Positions 47,961 to 57,653 of a stretch of DNA of 63,409 nt are shown here, piece after piece (position 1 is the first letter of the stretch; each line of letters starts with the position of its first letter). The stretch covers positions 1 through 63,409 of the IMG/VR virus record IMGVR_UViG_3300033125_000241; one strand, 5' to 3'. Position numbers and translations under genes: made by a program. Under the pieces are notes generated by a model. The model made no database searches, had not been told where the DNA came from, and was given only the letters and a program-made list of their open reading frames with translations. Source of the stretch: a virus. Its lineage: Duplodnaviria; Caudoviricetes.

Positions 47961-50179
47961 TATTTTAGTATTTCGCTTCTAATTCCACGATTGTCGTATT
48001 TTACAAATTTAATACTTATTTTCGATTCTTTTTTCTCTGTTTCAAATAAATGCTTACGTGTAGCCATTATAGCTAGACCTGAACTAATAGAGGCATCATA
48101 TTTCGTTCTATTATTCGGATCAAATCTAGCCCAATCCTCTAATGTTTTTGTAAAGTACATTGATCCCATAAAGTCAGGATCTCTGTACGTACCCTCAGTG
48201 TCAAGACCTACGTACTCCTCAATGTACGTCTCAATAGCTGATGCATGTGCCTGCCTAACATCTTCAGATGAGTTAGGTATACCACCTATCTCTATCTCAG
48301 TCTTAGATAGCTTTGTTTTATGCTTATCAGGTCTATTCATTGAGTATGCTCTATAGCCTCTGTTCTTGAAATGGTACAATAACCTAGCCTTGTTGTTCTC
48401 AGCCAATATTGGCATACCATAAAAAATACAAGCCATTAATACATCCTCAAAAAACACCTCAGCTGTTTGCGGTCTTGCTATATATTCCAAAAAGAATTCA
48501 TTCGTTGGTGCTTCTTCCATATGGAACTTAGTCATACCATGCAATGCACCATTCGATCCACCTCCACCAACAACACCTGATATATCATAAGGGTCACATC
48601 CAAATGCACCCATATGCTCATTACCAGGATACTTCTTACCACCTCTAGTTATAACATTATTCCTTAAACGCTGATTTGGAATCCAAGATACTAAAAATCT
48701 ACCATTCTTGTCCGGAGTCCAAATAACCTCACTATCCTTAACACCACCTTTCCAATGAAAATACCCCCTTGTTAGAACTTGATCTTTTATCAATGAATCA
48801 TTGTAATCAATTTGCTGATATATCTTTGTTAGGTTGAATACTGACTGCTTTGATTCATCTCTAAATGCATGCGATTCAGTTCTAGGGAACTGTCGGTAAA
48901 ATTCATTCAATGCGTCAGAGTCACTCTTTAATGCAGCAACCTCATTGTTCCACCAAGTAATTACACCCTGCGTTATCATCTCTCCATCAATACCGACTAT
49001 TGCCTTTTCGGGATCATTAAATACAGGCCAACCGAACTCATCTATATATCCTTCAATATTCCACTCCATTGGTATAAACAATGAATATAAACCACTCTTA
49101 GTCTGTCCATTAGCAGACCTTACTCTAGGGTCGCTATCATTATATAGTTTCTTAAAGTTCTCACCACCTTTTGATAATGCGTTTGATGTAGAACCCATCA
49201 TACATTTACCAACAATCTTACTACCTAACCTCAAACATGTCTTTGTTACTCGCCAGTTATTTAATATGTTCTCAGGCTTCTCCCATTTACCACTTTCGTC
49301 ATGTACAAGTAGCAGTAGTTTCTCACCATCATAACTGTTGTCAGATGTGTTCTTCCAGTCAATTGTTGTGTCAAGACCATCAATGTCATCATCATGTTCT
49401 TGATCCATATTCTTACGAGTAATCTTACTTGCAGGAACACGAAACGCTAACTCAGTTTTTGGATTGTCCATACCATCCTGAATTGGCTTGAAAAAGAATG
49501 GATAGTTCCTTACAATTGGTACAACCTTGTCAGTAAACATCTTCTTGGCATCACCACCAGTCTTTGATAGTATACCAATCCTAGAATCTCGAACTATTGT
49601 ACCTGTATTACTTATCTCAGAACTTGACATAAAAGAGAAACCAGAACGTCTGTTCTTCAAGTAGTCCATACCAAATGACCTATTATCAGCCTTACATGCC
49701 TCCCAGTAGATATAAAATATCCTATTTGATTCTCGGAAGTCCGGTAGACCAATGTCAATCTTAGTCCATTGTAAATACATATAATGCGTTCCTGTTATGT
49801 ATGTAGGAACACCATTATTAATAAACCAATGACCATGCTCTCGCTTATCAAATTCACTCTCAATTAAGTCGACATATTTTGATTTGAAAGCATTATCTCT
49901 TCTATTCCAATCAAATATTGTCTTGATTTTTTGAAGCTCTTGTGGGTATTCTTGCGCCTTCCACTTGTTACCATAGTTGGCAACTTTCTCATGCTTATAT
50001 GGTAAAGCTATCTTTACACTATTAATCTCATATATCTCTCCAATAGTTCCATCCTTAGATATAACTACCAAATCATATTTTGGGTTATAGCCATATTCCC
50101 AAGACTTATTTCTATTCTTGGTTAGGATTACATTTTTTGTAATATGGTCATCAAGTATTCTGTAAAGAGTATTTTCCAT
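47960..50179 (-). CDS. terL: terminase large subunit
   Basis: KNRRSGFS Walker A, LLVHDESGK Walker B, GST, FGCDPYD RNase H-like nuclease, AENN. Confidence 0.9.
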   Translation of the reverse strand: MENTLYRILDDHITKNVILTKNRNKSWEYGYNPKYDLVVISKDGTIGEIYEINSVKIALPYKHEKVANYGNKWKAQEYPQELQKIKTIFDWNRRDNAFKSKYVDLIESEFDKREHGHWFINNGVPTYITGTHYMYLQWTKIDIGLPDFRESNRIFYIYWEACKADNRSFGMDYLKNRRSGFSFMSSSEISNTGTIVRDSRIGILSKTGGDAKKMFTDKVVPIVRNYPFFFKPIQDGMDNPKTELAFRVPASKITRKNMDQEHDDDIDGLDTTIDWKNTSDNSYDGEKLLLLVHDESGKWEKPENILNNWRVTKTCLRLGSKIVGKCMMGSTSNALSKGGENFKKLYNDSDPRVRSANGQTKSGLYSLFIPMEWNIEGYIDEFGWPVFNDPEKAIVGIDGEMITQGVITWWNNEVAALKSDSDALNEFYRQFPRTESHAFRDESKQSVFNLTKIYQQIDYNDSLIKDQVLTRGYFHWKGGVKDSEVIWTPDKNGRFLVSWIPNQRLRNNVITRGGKKYPGNEHMGAFGCDPYDISGVVGGGGSNGALHGMTKFHMEEAPTNEFFLEYIARPQTAEVFFEDVLMACIFYGMPILAENNKARLLYHFKNRGYRAYSMNRPDKHKTKLSKTEIEIGGIPNSSEDVRQAHASAIETYIEEYVGLDTEGTYRDPDFMGSMYFTKTLEDWARFDPNNRTKYDASISSGLAIMATRKHLFETEKKESKISIKFVKYDNRGIRSEILK

Positions 50180-50204
50180 TTACCTATCCTTTTGTAAAAA
50201 GTAT

Positions 50205-50474
50205 TTACTTCTTCTTAGCTCTTCCCTCTGCAAATCCACCTGTACCAGCAGTTACTGTAGGTACAATGTTATTACTTTTATTCTCTTCTTCCTCAATCTT
50301 CTGAAGCATATTCAAGGCATCCTCAAATGCTAACCTCTTAGCTGAGGCAGCATTCTTTAACTTGTCAGCTGATATGTCATCCTCAGATCGAGTAATGATA
50401 GGTTCTTTTAATACCTTTATTAACTCGTCAATAGCTACCTTAGCTGCTTCAAGTATCTCTATTTTTTTAGACAT
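50205..50474 (-). CDS. possible terminase small subunit
   Basis: small helical ORF upstream of terL; ADKLKNAASAKRLAFED. Confidence 0.4.
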   Translation of the reverse strand: MSKKIEILEAAKVAIDELIKVLKEPIITRSEDDISADKLKNAASAKRLAFEDALNMLQKIEEEENKSNNIVPTVTAGTGGFAEGRAKKK

Positions 50475-51019
50475 ATATTTCGATTATACATTCGATAAAG
50501 AATCTCATTATTTATTCTAAACTCATACTCGCTGTCAGGTGTAAAAGACACAATATCTCCAACCTCAACTTCAGTCATATCATCATTCTTAAATACAACC
50601 TCACCCCAAAGTTCTTCAAGCCCGGATAACGTACTAAAAATCTTATCTTCAGATGGTATAGGCTTAATGAAACAAAATGGCGATAATGCTTCCCAATCGT
50701 TCCCATTTTGGGAATGTAGATATACTTGCTCTGGCTCAACAATAAATAGGTCATCCTTTAAATGATGCCAACTACTCTTTTGTCGGCCCTTCATGTCATA
50801 ATAAAACTTGAATACATTATGATGCACTACAACAATGTTACCAGGAATTATTGGCCCATTGTAATAGATTGGAACAGACACTACTTCAGCGAATCTATTT
50901 GAAACTGTGTGATCTTCTTGAGAGGTACTTATAATGAACTCATTTTCTCCGTAAGTCCTTATGTTGTCATACCTCCTACCATCAACAGCCTTGATGATAA
51001 AACAGTATGGTGATTTCAT
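50459..51019 (-). CDS. tandem GroES-like domain protein
   Basis: AEVVSVP…PGNIVVVHHN and GEVVF…VEVGDIVSF. Confidence 0.55.
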   Translation of the reverse strand: MKSPYCFIIKAVDGRRYDNIRTYGENEFIISTSQEDHTVSNRFAEVVSVPIYYNGPIIPGNIVVVHHNVFKFYYDMKGRQKSSWHHLKDDLFIVEPEQVYLHSQNGNDWEALSPFCFIKPIPSEDKIFSTLSGLEELWGEVVFKNDDMTEVEVGDIVSFTPDSEYEFRINNEILYRMYNRNICLKK

Positions 51020-51237
51020 TAGAAATTTATATTATATTCAATTGATACAGGAACAGTGTTTGAAAACTCCTTCCATAAAACTATCTCTCCATCCTTAATT
51101 ATATAAAGCTTAATCCCATCATCATTTCTTATTATCTGATAAATAGAATAACTCCTATCAAGAACTTCCTGCCCTACAGTGTAGTTCATTGATTTCATAT
51201 AATCAGGACCAATAGATATCTTTCTAATTATATTCAC
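51019..51237 (-). CDS. hypothetical protein
   Basis: IIRKISIGPDY…WKEF. Confidence 0.7.
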   Translation of the reverse strand: MNIIRKISIGPDYMKSMNYTVGQEVLDRSYSIYQIIRNDDGIKLYIIKDGEIVLWKEFSNTVPVSIEYNINF

Positions 51238-51460
51238 CTGTTTGTAGGTTTATTGTTATATCGCCATACTTAGCAACTATCTCTTCTTGATACTTTGCTA
51301 GATCATGTGCAGCAATATCTAAATTAGCTAGCGTTGATTTCTTTTTGCTTTTAAGTCTTTCGAATGAAAGCTCAATGTCCGCTACTTCAAATTTTAAATC
51401 TCTAAAGCTGCGATTTAATTCTGTCAATTTAGACAACTCTTCTTGTTCTATCTTTTTCAT
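51224..51460 (-). CDS. small coiled-coil protein
   Basis: start MKKIEQEEL after promoter 51477-51484. Confidence 0.65.
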   Translation of the reverse strand: MKKIEQEELSKLTELNRSFRDLKFEVADIELSFERLKSKKKSTLANLDIAAHDLAKYQEEIVAKYGDITINLQTGEYN

Positions 51461-51491
51461 TTCATTATATTTTTTACAAATATAGTGATTA

Positions 51492-51899
51492 TTACATAGA
51501 TATATACCAAGTAGTGTCAGAGTTGTTATACTGGAAACAAATAGGAGTGTTAGCAACTAATGATGAAGGAGCTCCAACTATAGTAGTAGCACCAGGAGTA
51601 ACCCATGTAGTTGTAGGTCTATTTGTTGTAGACATAATAACATACTTCAACCCATCAATAGACTCACTTGCCGTAGGTAGTGTTATTGCAAAACTAGCAC
51701 CTGCTGTACCTGTGAAGTACGTATTTATACTTACTATGCTATAAGTAGTTAATGTGTTTGTAGAAACTACAGACGGAGCTTGAGTTAGATTTACTACGTC
51801 CTGTATTCTAAAATTAACAGTATCTGAATTAGAACTTTTAGTACCAAAGATTAAATCATTAACACTTGGTGACTCTACTCTATAATTATTTACTTTCAT
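51492..51899 (-). CDS. putative virion/fibre protein
   Basis: T/S-rich, ITLPTAS…DG…WY. Confidence 0.55.
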   Translation of the reverse strand: MKVNNYRVESPSVNDLIFGTKSSNSDTVNFRIQDVVNLTQAPSVVSTNTLTTYSIVSINTYFTGTAGASFAITLPTASESIDGLKYVIMSTTNRPTTTWVTPGATTIVGAPSSLVANTPICFQYNNSDTTWYISM

Positions 51900-52033
51900 C
51901 TTCCTTGTTTTTTATATGCCTTCTTATATAGTTTACTTGTCTTTGTTTTCGATGTTTTAGTTTTTGCATGAACACCCGGTCTGCTTACCTTTGGCTTTGA
52001 TACAAATGATGATATGTCCTTCTGCTTTTTCAT
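51896..52033 (-). CDS. small basic protein (45 aa, not in ORF track)
   Basis: MKKQKD…RPGVHAKTKTSK…YKKAYKKQGR. Confidence 0.6.
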   Translation of the reverse strand: MKKQKDISSFVSKPKVSRPGVHAKTKTSKTKTSKLYKKAYKKQGR

Positions 52034-52680
52034 TACAAATTCTTTAACATCTCAATTACTCTTGGACATGGATACATGTCAGACTTATCTTTCCGTACAG
52101 AGTTGTGTGTAAATATGCCATCTTCACCTTTCATTGCACGTTTACACAAATCCCAGATATCATCATCATAATCTTTCGATATATTATACGTATCACATAA
52201 ATACACCACCAATTGTCTCAAGCTTTCAATTTGAGCGTCAGTATATTTCTGCCAATAGATATGACCTTTGAATGGTTCGTCTAATTCAGTTACTTCACTC
52301 GGATCAAGAACACTATTTACATACGTATAGAACTTACCATCCTTCTTCTTCAATGGACCATAATTACATACCTCAATACCTACTGAAAATTTGTCAAGTG
52401 GCTTATATGGTAACCCCATATTTGAAAATGGTGCATTTTTTAAACCTAAATGATAAGCCCATTCTCTAGACGAAAAACATTGTACGATTGTTCCTTTGTT
52501 TCCTATGATAAATGCAGTGGCTACTCTGTCTTTTGTATTATCCCAATATTTAGCTACAGATACAGCATTTCCTCCACCTGCTGTGTGATGTAAATATATC
52601 TGATTCTTTGGAGTTTCTTCCTGAAAATATTGAGTCTTTTTTAATCGACTTTGAACAATTTTAGTTGTATCTAAATCCAT
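52033..52680 (-). CDS. endolysin, N-acetylmuramoyl-L-alanine amidase (Amidase_2)
   Basis: IYLHHTAG, AYHLG, SVGIEVCN, YTDAQIESL, THNSVRKDKSD. Confidence 0.88.
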   Translation of the reverse strand: MDLDTTKIVQSRLKKTQYFQEETPKNQIYLHHTAGGGNAVSVAKYWDNTKDRVATAFIIGNKGTIVQCFSSREWAYHLGLKNAPFSNMGLPYKPLDKFSVGIEVCNYGPLKKKDGKFYTYVNSVLDPSEVTELDEPFKGHIYWQKYTDAQIESLRQLVVYLCDTYNISKDYDDDIWDLCKRAMKGEDGIFTHNSVRKDKSDMYPCPRVIEMLKNL

Positions 52681-52714
52681 TTCCTTATAATATAATTAAT
52701 GATTAATCCTGTTA

Positions 52715-52722
52715 CAAATATA
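52715..52722 (-). promoter_or_regulatory. -7 promoter element TATATTTG
   Basis: upstream of the endolysin. Confidence 0.55.
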
Positions 52723-52744
52723 AGGATAAAAACAATTAATGGAT

Positions 52745-53170
52745 TCATGTCAATTTATCAGCTTCTTCTTTAGCTCTTGTAACAAACTCTCTAAATGATT
52801 TTAATAAGTTCTTTCCAGTAACTGACTCATAACTCTCGTTAATTGACTTAATCTCTACAGCCACACAAAAGAATGCTACAATCTTAGTCATTACTAAATC
52901 AACAGCTATAAAGTGAGATAACAAGTCAGCAGCTATATACTTCTCAATTAAAAATATAAATAATATAGCACCACAATAAAGAAGTGACTTGCTTACAACA
53001 TGAGACAATCTTCTGCTTCTAATAGCTGACCATCCTCCCTTCTTAACGCTTCTCCAAATACCAAAGCATGTGTCTAAAATAATTGCAAGTATTGCAACAT
53101 ATATCATTGGTTTAACTGGTGAAAGAACTGCTAAAAATGATGTCGCTAGTAAAAGTAATTTTGTTTTCAT
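52745..53170 (-). CDS. holin (phage holin 4-like)
   Basis: 3 TM segments, D..FG, EIKSINE; next to the endolysin. Confidence 0.8.
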   Translation of the reverse strand: MKTKLLLLATSFLAVLSPVKPMIYVAILAIILDTCFGIWRSVKKGGWSAIRSRRLSHVVSKSLLYCGAILFIFLIEKYIAADLLSHFIAVDLVMTKIVAFFCVAVEIKSINESYESVTGKNLLKSFREFVTRAKEEADKLT

Positions 53171-53616
53171 AGTAAGTGTTTTCTGATAATTCTATACGTA
53201 ATATATACTACTAGCAAAGTTAGTAAAATTCCTATAATATTATTAAGCAGTATCTTATACCAAGGAGTCTTTTCATATATCTTTATAGGTATCTTCCTAT
53301 AGACCACTCTCTCGATTGGCTTCTCAATATACACAGTGTCACACTTTCCATTTATATATACCTTATCTCTCACTCGCCATACCTTGATTTTGATACGATC
53401 TTTTGTTAGTATAATTGTATCGTAAAGTTCTTTCACACTTACAATAGTATCAACCTCAACTTCAGGAACAGTGATGCGAATTGTATCACGAATAGTATCC
53501 TTAACAATTAAAGTATCGCTAGTTAAAAGATATGGATACTTTTTTACTAACCTGTCAAACCTTCTTTGAGGTGTACATGCAATAATTACAAATAGTAATG
53601 GTACTAGATATTTCAT
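53167..53616 (-). CDS. putative unimolecular spanin
   Basis: N-terminal lipobox (VIIA-C), beta-rich DT repeats, C-terminal TM helix, in the lysis cassette. Confidence 0.65.
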   Translation of the reverse strand: MKYLVPLLFVIIACTPQRRFDRLVKKYPYLLTSDTLIVKDTIRDTIRITVPEVEVDTIVSVKELYDTIILTKDRIKIKVWRVRDKVYINGKCDTVYIEKPIERVVYRKIPIKIYEKTPWYKILLNNIIGILLTLLVVYITYRIIRKHLL

Positions 53617-54255
53617 TTAGTATGTCTTATTTAATATAAATATGTCTGAATAAATTGAGTTAGATGTAGATGCAGCTCCCCATTGAACAGTTATATCTAA
53701 AGTATTACTAATAGTTGTATCGAATGTTGTGCTATTAACTTGGTTAAATGCAAATCCCTCAGTAACACCATTAGATGTCTTAGTATAATGAAATGTTCCC
53801 AACGTAACAATAGATGCCGTACCTGCTTCTCCTAATTCTCTTATCGTAAAATCTACATTTAAGGAAAATACATCATTTGTAATATTAGATATTGTCTTAG
53901 CTCCACTATCAACCAATATAGTATTGCCATCCTTGACCTTTATTGTTATTGTTTGGTTATTACCTGCATTAAGTACTCCAGCTACAACAGCTCTAAAGCT
54001 ATCTCCTACCTTAAAACCATTTGCTGGAACAATTAACGTACCCACCCCACCATTAACCAACGATGTCTCTACATCAGTATTAGTTATGGGAGTACTATTA
54101 GCCGTTTGAGCGAACAAACCAAAATTTGTTGTTGTTGGAGTTATATCCTCAATAGTATAAACCTCAGTCGGACTGTTAGCCTGTGTTGACTTTCTTTCTA
54201 CCATGTCCACACCTGGTAGTATGCCTATAAATCTTGTGCCTGCTGGTACGCTCAT
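53617..54255 (-). CDS. putative virion/tail appendage protein
   Basis: T/G-rich beta protein. Confidence 0.55.
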   Translation of the reverse strand: MSVPAGTRFIGILPGVDMVERKSTQANSPTEVYTIEDITPTTTNFGLFAQTANSTPITNTDVETSLVNGGVGTLIVPANGFKVGDSFRAVVAGVLNAGNNQTITIKVKDGNTILVDSGAKTISNITNDVFSLNVDFTIRELGEAGTASIVTLGTFHYTKTSNGVTEGFAFNQVNSTTFDTTISNTLDITVQWGAASTSNSIYSDIFILNKTY

Positions 54256-54261
54256 GTGTTA

Positions 54262-54480
54262 TTAAATGAATGGTGATGGTGACGGCTTAGGCTCGAAAGG
54301 AATCAAAGGCAAGTCCTTTACCCAAGCTAATAATTGATTTTCGTTTTGTTCTATTTCTTCTACTGATATAACCCAATTATCATTAATGTCTTGAATTGGA
54401 TTGAAATAAGAATCAGAGTCATAAAGTTGTCCTACTAATTCCTCTTTTTGTGGCAATGTTAAAAGTCCTACTTGTATCAT
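54262..54480 (-). CDS. hypothetical protein (possible fibre chaperone)
   Basis: YFNPIQDINDNWVIS.EE. Confidence 0.55.
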   Translation of the reverse strand: MIQVGLLTLPQKEELVGQLYDSDSYFNPIQDINDNWVISVEEIEQNENQLLAWVKDLPLIPFEPKPSPSPFI

Positions 54481-55280
54481 ACGTTCCTACTTAATGTTGT
54501 TTCGAATGCAACTACTGCTGTGTCTAAATCAGTCATATTTTGAGCTGTTAATCCATCTGCTATATACGCAAATGCAAGTTCCTTAGTATCAAAGAAATTA
54601 GGATTTACACCTCCCAATTGGAAAGCATTTGTATATAATGAATTACTTGTATTGCTTAATGTCGTTTGTGTTCCTCTTATTTGAACTGTAACTTGTGTTG
54701 AGCTTGATCTATTAGCTAATATTAATCCTGTTGATGTAGTGTTCAATGGATATGGATTTGCAATTGTATTAGTGTTAACTCTTGCATATAAATCATTATT
54801 ATTTCTTAGCCATAAAGATGCCTCACCTGTTACTCCTCCAGTGACATTACCAATCGAAGGAGCAAGCCTATCAACATTGGTCCTGGAATAAACACCAAAA
54901 CTTGTTGAGTTCAATCCAAGTGTACCCTGTGAAATTAACTTAGTATCTGCATATGCATTAACTCCATTTGGCGTAGCTCCCGTACTTGCGTGAGTCCATC
55001 CACCATTAAATACTATTCTATATGCAGCGTCTAAGTCTCTAGGGTCTTTTAGATTCCATTTATGAGTTGAACTAGTGCCACCAACTAATGGATATAAAGC
55101 ACGCATCTTAGTCCAAATATTATAACCTTTTAAATCAACAACCAATGTATTAATAGCCGTTTGTTGAATTGGATTAGTAATCCCTGCTGCTGTTATAAAA
55201 GCTTGTGCGTCTGGATCAACAGATGACCCAACAATATCTCTCGATCCTATTGCGTTTGATATGGATATTTGTATCGCCAT
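54477..55280 (-). CDS. putative receptor-binding/lectin-fold virion protein
   Basis: DPDAQAFITAAGIT…LYPLVGGT; LamG-like C-terminus. Confidence 0.55.
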   Translation of the reverse strand: MAIQISISNAIGSRDIVGSSVDPDAQAFITAAGITNPIQQTAINTLVVDLKGYNIWTKMRALYPLVGGTSSTHKWNLKDPRDLDAAYRIVFNGGWTHASTGATPNGVNAYADTKLISQGTLGLNSTSFGVYSRTNVDRLAPSIGNVTGGVTGEASLWLRNNNDLYARVNTNTIANPYPLNTTSTGLILANRSSSTQVTVQIRGTQTTLSNTSNSLYTNAFQLGGVNPNFFDTKELAFAYIADGLTAQNMTDLDTAVVAFETTLSRNV

Positions 55281-55283
55281 AAA

Positions 55284-55559
55284 TTACCAAAGTGCTACAA
55301 TATTACTAGCAGTTGTTGTTGAAGAAAATACACGAATAACTTGAATCGGAATAAATGTACCATTAGGAACATTCTGCAAAGTTACGTCATCACCAGAAGC
55401 AGTCAGAACTCGCAATATACCACCTGTACCTACATACAAAACACATGGCCACTTAGCAGTGTCCGGTGCAGCAGTATCATCACCAGGAAATGGGATGTTA
55501 ACAGTATTACTAGGTGTCACAGCAGCAGCTCTGCTGGTTTGTAATTTTAAATTTGCCAT
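55284..55559 (-). CDS. small virion protein
   Basis: AAAVTPS…LYVGTGG…PIQVIRV. Confidence 0.6.
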   Translation of the reverse strand: MANLKLQTSRAAAVTPSNTVNIPFPGDDTAAPDTAKWPCVLYVGTGGILRVLTASGDDVTLQNVPNGTFIPIQVIRVFSSTTTASNIVALW

Positions 55560-55564
55560 CTTAT

Positions 55565-55825
55565 TTATTTTTTAGTGCTCTTACCATTAGCTCCATTTCT
55601 AGCTCTATTGGTAGATGCTTTTTCTTTTACAAAGTTACCATTTTTTTTCTTACTCATATCAGGACCACCCTTGCCATATAAGTCAGCCTCACGTCTTACC
55701 TTGACATGCTCAGCTCTATACTTCTTGCGCTCAGGTGTTGCATTAAGCTCACGCTGATACTCTCTGCGCTTCTCAGCAGCTTTAGGATTCTCTGCGTAAT
55801 ATTTCGATGTCTTACTTGCTCCCAT
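55565..55825 (-). CDS. basic hypothetical protein (degenerate HNH-like tail)
   Basis: GPDMS…STNRARNG. Confidence 0.6.
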   Translation of the reverse strand: MGASKTSKYYAENPKAAEKRREYQRELNATPERKKYRAEHVKVRREADLYGKGGPDMSKKKNGNFVKEKASTNRARNGANGKSTKK

Positions 55826-56214
55826 TAGTCTCTATATTTCTTAACCTTACTTGCAATACTCTTTGGTTGCTTAACAACATTACCTGTACCACCACCTTGT
55901 CTCTTCGCTCTAGTTGTAGCAGCGTACTCAGCACTGCTTAATGACTTGATAGCCTTCTCAGGCAAATACCTCTCACCTGTCTCACTGCTAGGCTTACCAC
56001 TCTTTGTTCGCCACTTCTGATTCGTCCACTTTGATAGGCTGTTGTCAGAGGACTTCTTACCTGAGTATTTACCACCAGCTTCTTTATACTTAGCAACAGC
56101 TAACTGTGCCTTCCTAGCGGACCATTGGCCTGCATCACCACCCTTTGTGCCTGACTTAACGCTAGACACAATGCGACTCCATAACGCTGGATTGGATTTC
56201 TTAGCGGTTTGCAT
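55825..56214 (-). CDS. basic conserved phage protein (DUF5872-like)
   Basis: GQWSARKAQL…YKEAGGKY…LSKWTNQKW…ERYLP. Confidence 0.7.
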   Translation of the reverse strand: MQTAKKSNPALWSRIVSSVKSGTKGGDAGQWSARKAQLAVAKYKEAGGKYSGKKSSDNSLSKWTNQKWRTKSGKPSSETGERYLPEKAIKSLSSAEYAATTRAKRQGGGTGNVVKQPKSIASKVKKYRD

Positions 56215-56722
56215 TTTTACTTACTGATTTACAAACATATATAAAAAAATCATTATCATATTTATTTTTTATCATGTTTATTTTTTTATGTGTTATTTGT
56301 ATATTTTCAACACTATATCCTTTTTTTGAGTTGATTCTATCAATTGACGCATCGCAGTCTTGTGGAGTACCTGTCTCAGGAAATGAAATATCCCATCCAC
56401 TTAAAACGCATTTAAAATTTTGCTTTTGTATCAATTCAGCAACATCGTCCATTGTTATATTAAATTCTAAACCTCTAGATTCAGCTGAAATTTTAAATTT
56501 ATTAAACCAAGATATTCTAATTCCTTTATACCAACCTCTATGACAATTATCAGTTTCTTTATTGGAGCAGCTCTTACATTTCTTATTTAATTTATAAGAT
56601 TGAAAGGCATAATGATACCTTAAATAATCACACATCTTTCCACATTTAGAACATGGCTTATACCATCTTCCATCAGTTCCCTTATATGGATAATTTTCTA
56701 CCATTTTACTTTGTGACTCCAA
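56201..56722 (-). CDS. HNH-like endonuclease with Zn ribbon
   Basis: CSKC…CKSC; QNFKCVLSG…SIDRINSKKGY…NIQ…INMIK. Confidence 0.75.
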   Translation of the reverse strand: MESQSKMVENYPYKGTDGRWYKPCSKCGKMCDYLRYHYAFQSYKLNKKCKSCSNKETDNCHRGWYKGIRISWFNKFKISAESRGLEFNITMDDVAELIQKQNFKCVLSGWDISFPETGTPQDCDASIDRINSKKGYSVENIQITHKKINMIKNKYDNDFFIYVCKSVSKNANR

Positions 56723-56976
56723 AATCTGGCACTTAATTTACTAGGATTTGGATCTTGAGCATTATGTCTAGCATAATAAGATTTCTTTCTCTCTTTATCT
56801 TTTTTTGTTTTAGGATTCTTTCCAGCACCTACTACTCCCTGCTGACCAAAACGTATCGTCTTAATCTGATCACCTTCCTTAGCCACAACAATATGACTCT
56901 TGGTCGGATGACTTGGTGTTCGCTTAGGCTTATTGAAACCCTCAACACCTGCTCTTTCTAATCTTGGGTCTTTCAT
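56698..56976 (-). CDS. basic conserved phage protein
   Basis: KTIRFGQQG…SYYARH…SARFWS. Confidence 0.7.
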   Translation of the reverse strand: MKDPRLERAGVEGFNKPKRTPSHPTKSHIVVAKEGDQIKTIRFGQQGVVGAGKNPKTKKDKERKKSYYARHNAQDPNPSKLSARFWSHKVKW

Positions 56977-57230
56977 CCTTTTTTCTTAGTAACCGGAAAA
57001 CCATTCTTATCATATCCTGGTTTGTTTTTGTTAAACTGTCGCTTATAATTACTAGAAGCAACATCAGCTTTTTTTCTCCATTTTGCTGCTCTCTCGTCTT
57101 TAGGTCCGCCTATTGCTCCCTCATAAGTCTCTTGCTGTTTAGCATGTTTAAACTGATCCCAATAAATAGCAGAACTGTCTTTTACTTGGGTTGGTTTAAC
57201 AACTTTATTCGTTTTCTTTGGTGTTAACAT
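56973..57230 (-). CDS. basic hypothetical protein
   Basis: coupled ORF. Confidence 0.6.
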   Translation of the reverse strand: MLTPKKTNKVVKPTQVKDSSAIYWDQFKHAKQQETYEGAIGGPKDERAAKWRKKADVASSNYKRQFNKNKPGYDKNGFPVTKKKG

Positions 57231-57235
57231 GACTA

Positions 57236-57478
57236 TTATTTTTTTGCTTTAGCTACTGTTTTAATAGGATTAGGTACACCAGCTTTTTTATACTGTCTAG
57301 CTAAACCACCCAAATATTTGTTAAATTCCTTCTCCTTGCTTTTAGGAACAAATGAACCCTGTGAAATAGCGTCAATTTTCTTATTATAAAAGTTGATACT
57401 GTCTTGAATCGCAGGACTAAATTTTTGAGGTGCTGGCTTACCTGTTGAACTCTTAGGTTTTAATTTAGAATTTCTCAT
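57236..57478 (-). CDS. basic hypothetical protein (MRNSKLK N-terminus)
   Basis: coupled ORF. Confidence 0.6.
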   Translation of the reverse strand: MRNSKLKPKSSTGKPAPQKFSPAIQDSINFYNKKIDAISQGSFVPKSKEKEFNKYLGGLARQYKKAGVPNPIKTVAKAKK

Positions 57479-57627
57479 TACTTTTTGTTTTTAGACATTT
57501 TTTTCATCGCGGCCTTCATGCCATACTCCTTAATCATTTCTTTCTTAGACTCACCTTTCTCGTGTTTAGCCTTTGCCATCTTTGATGGATAAACCTCTTT
57601 GGTTTTCTTTTCTACAATCTTTTTCAT
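57478..57627 (-). CDS. small K/M-rich protein (49 aa, not in ORF track)
   Basis: MKKIVEKKTKEVYPSKMAKAKHEKGE…; promoter at 57641-57648. Confidence 0.6.
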   Translation of the reverse strand: MKKIVEKKTKEVYPSKMAKAKHEKGESKKEMIKEYGMKAAMKKMSKNKK

Positions 57628-57653
57628 AATTTTGTTTTTACAAATATAATAAA

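Noticed and set aside
56201-56760. Third copy of the kissing-loop leader before this HNH-like gene
   Set aside because: The gene overlaps its upstream neighbour; no promoter or AGTAGAG/CTCGAA motif is present.
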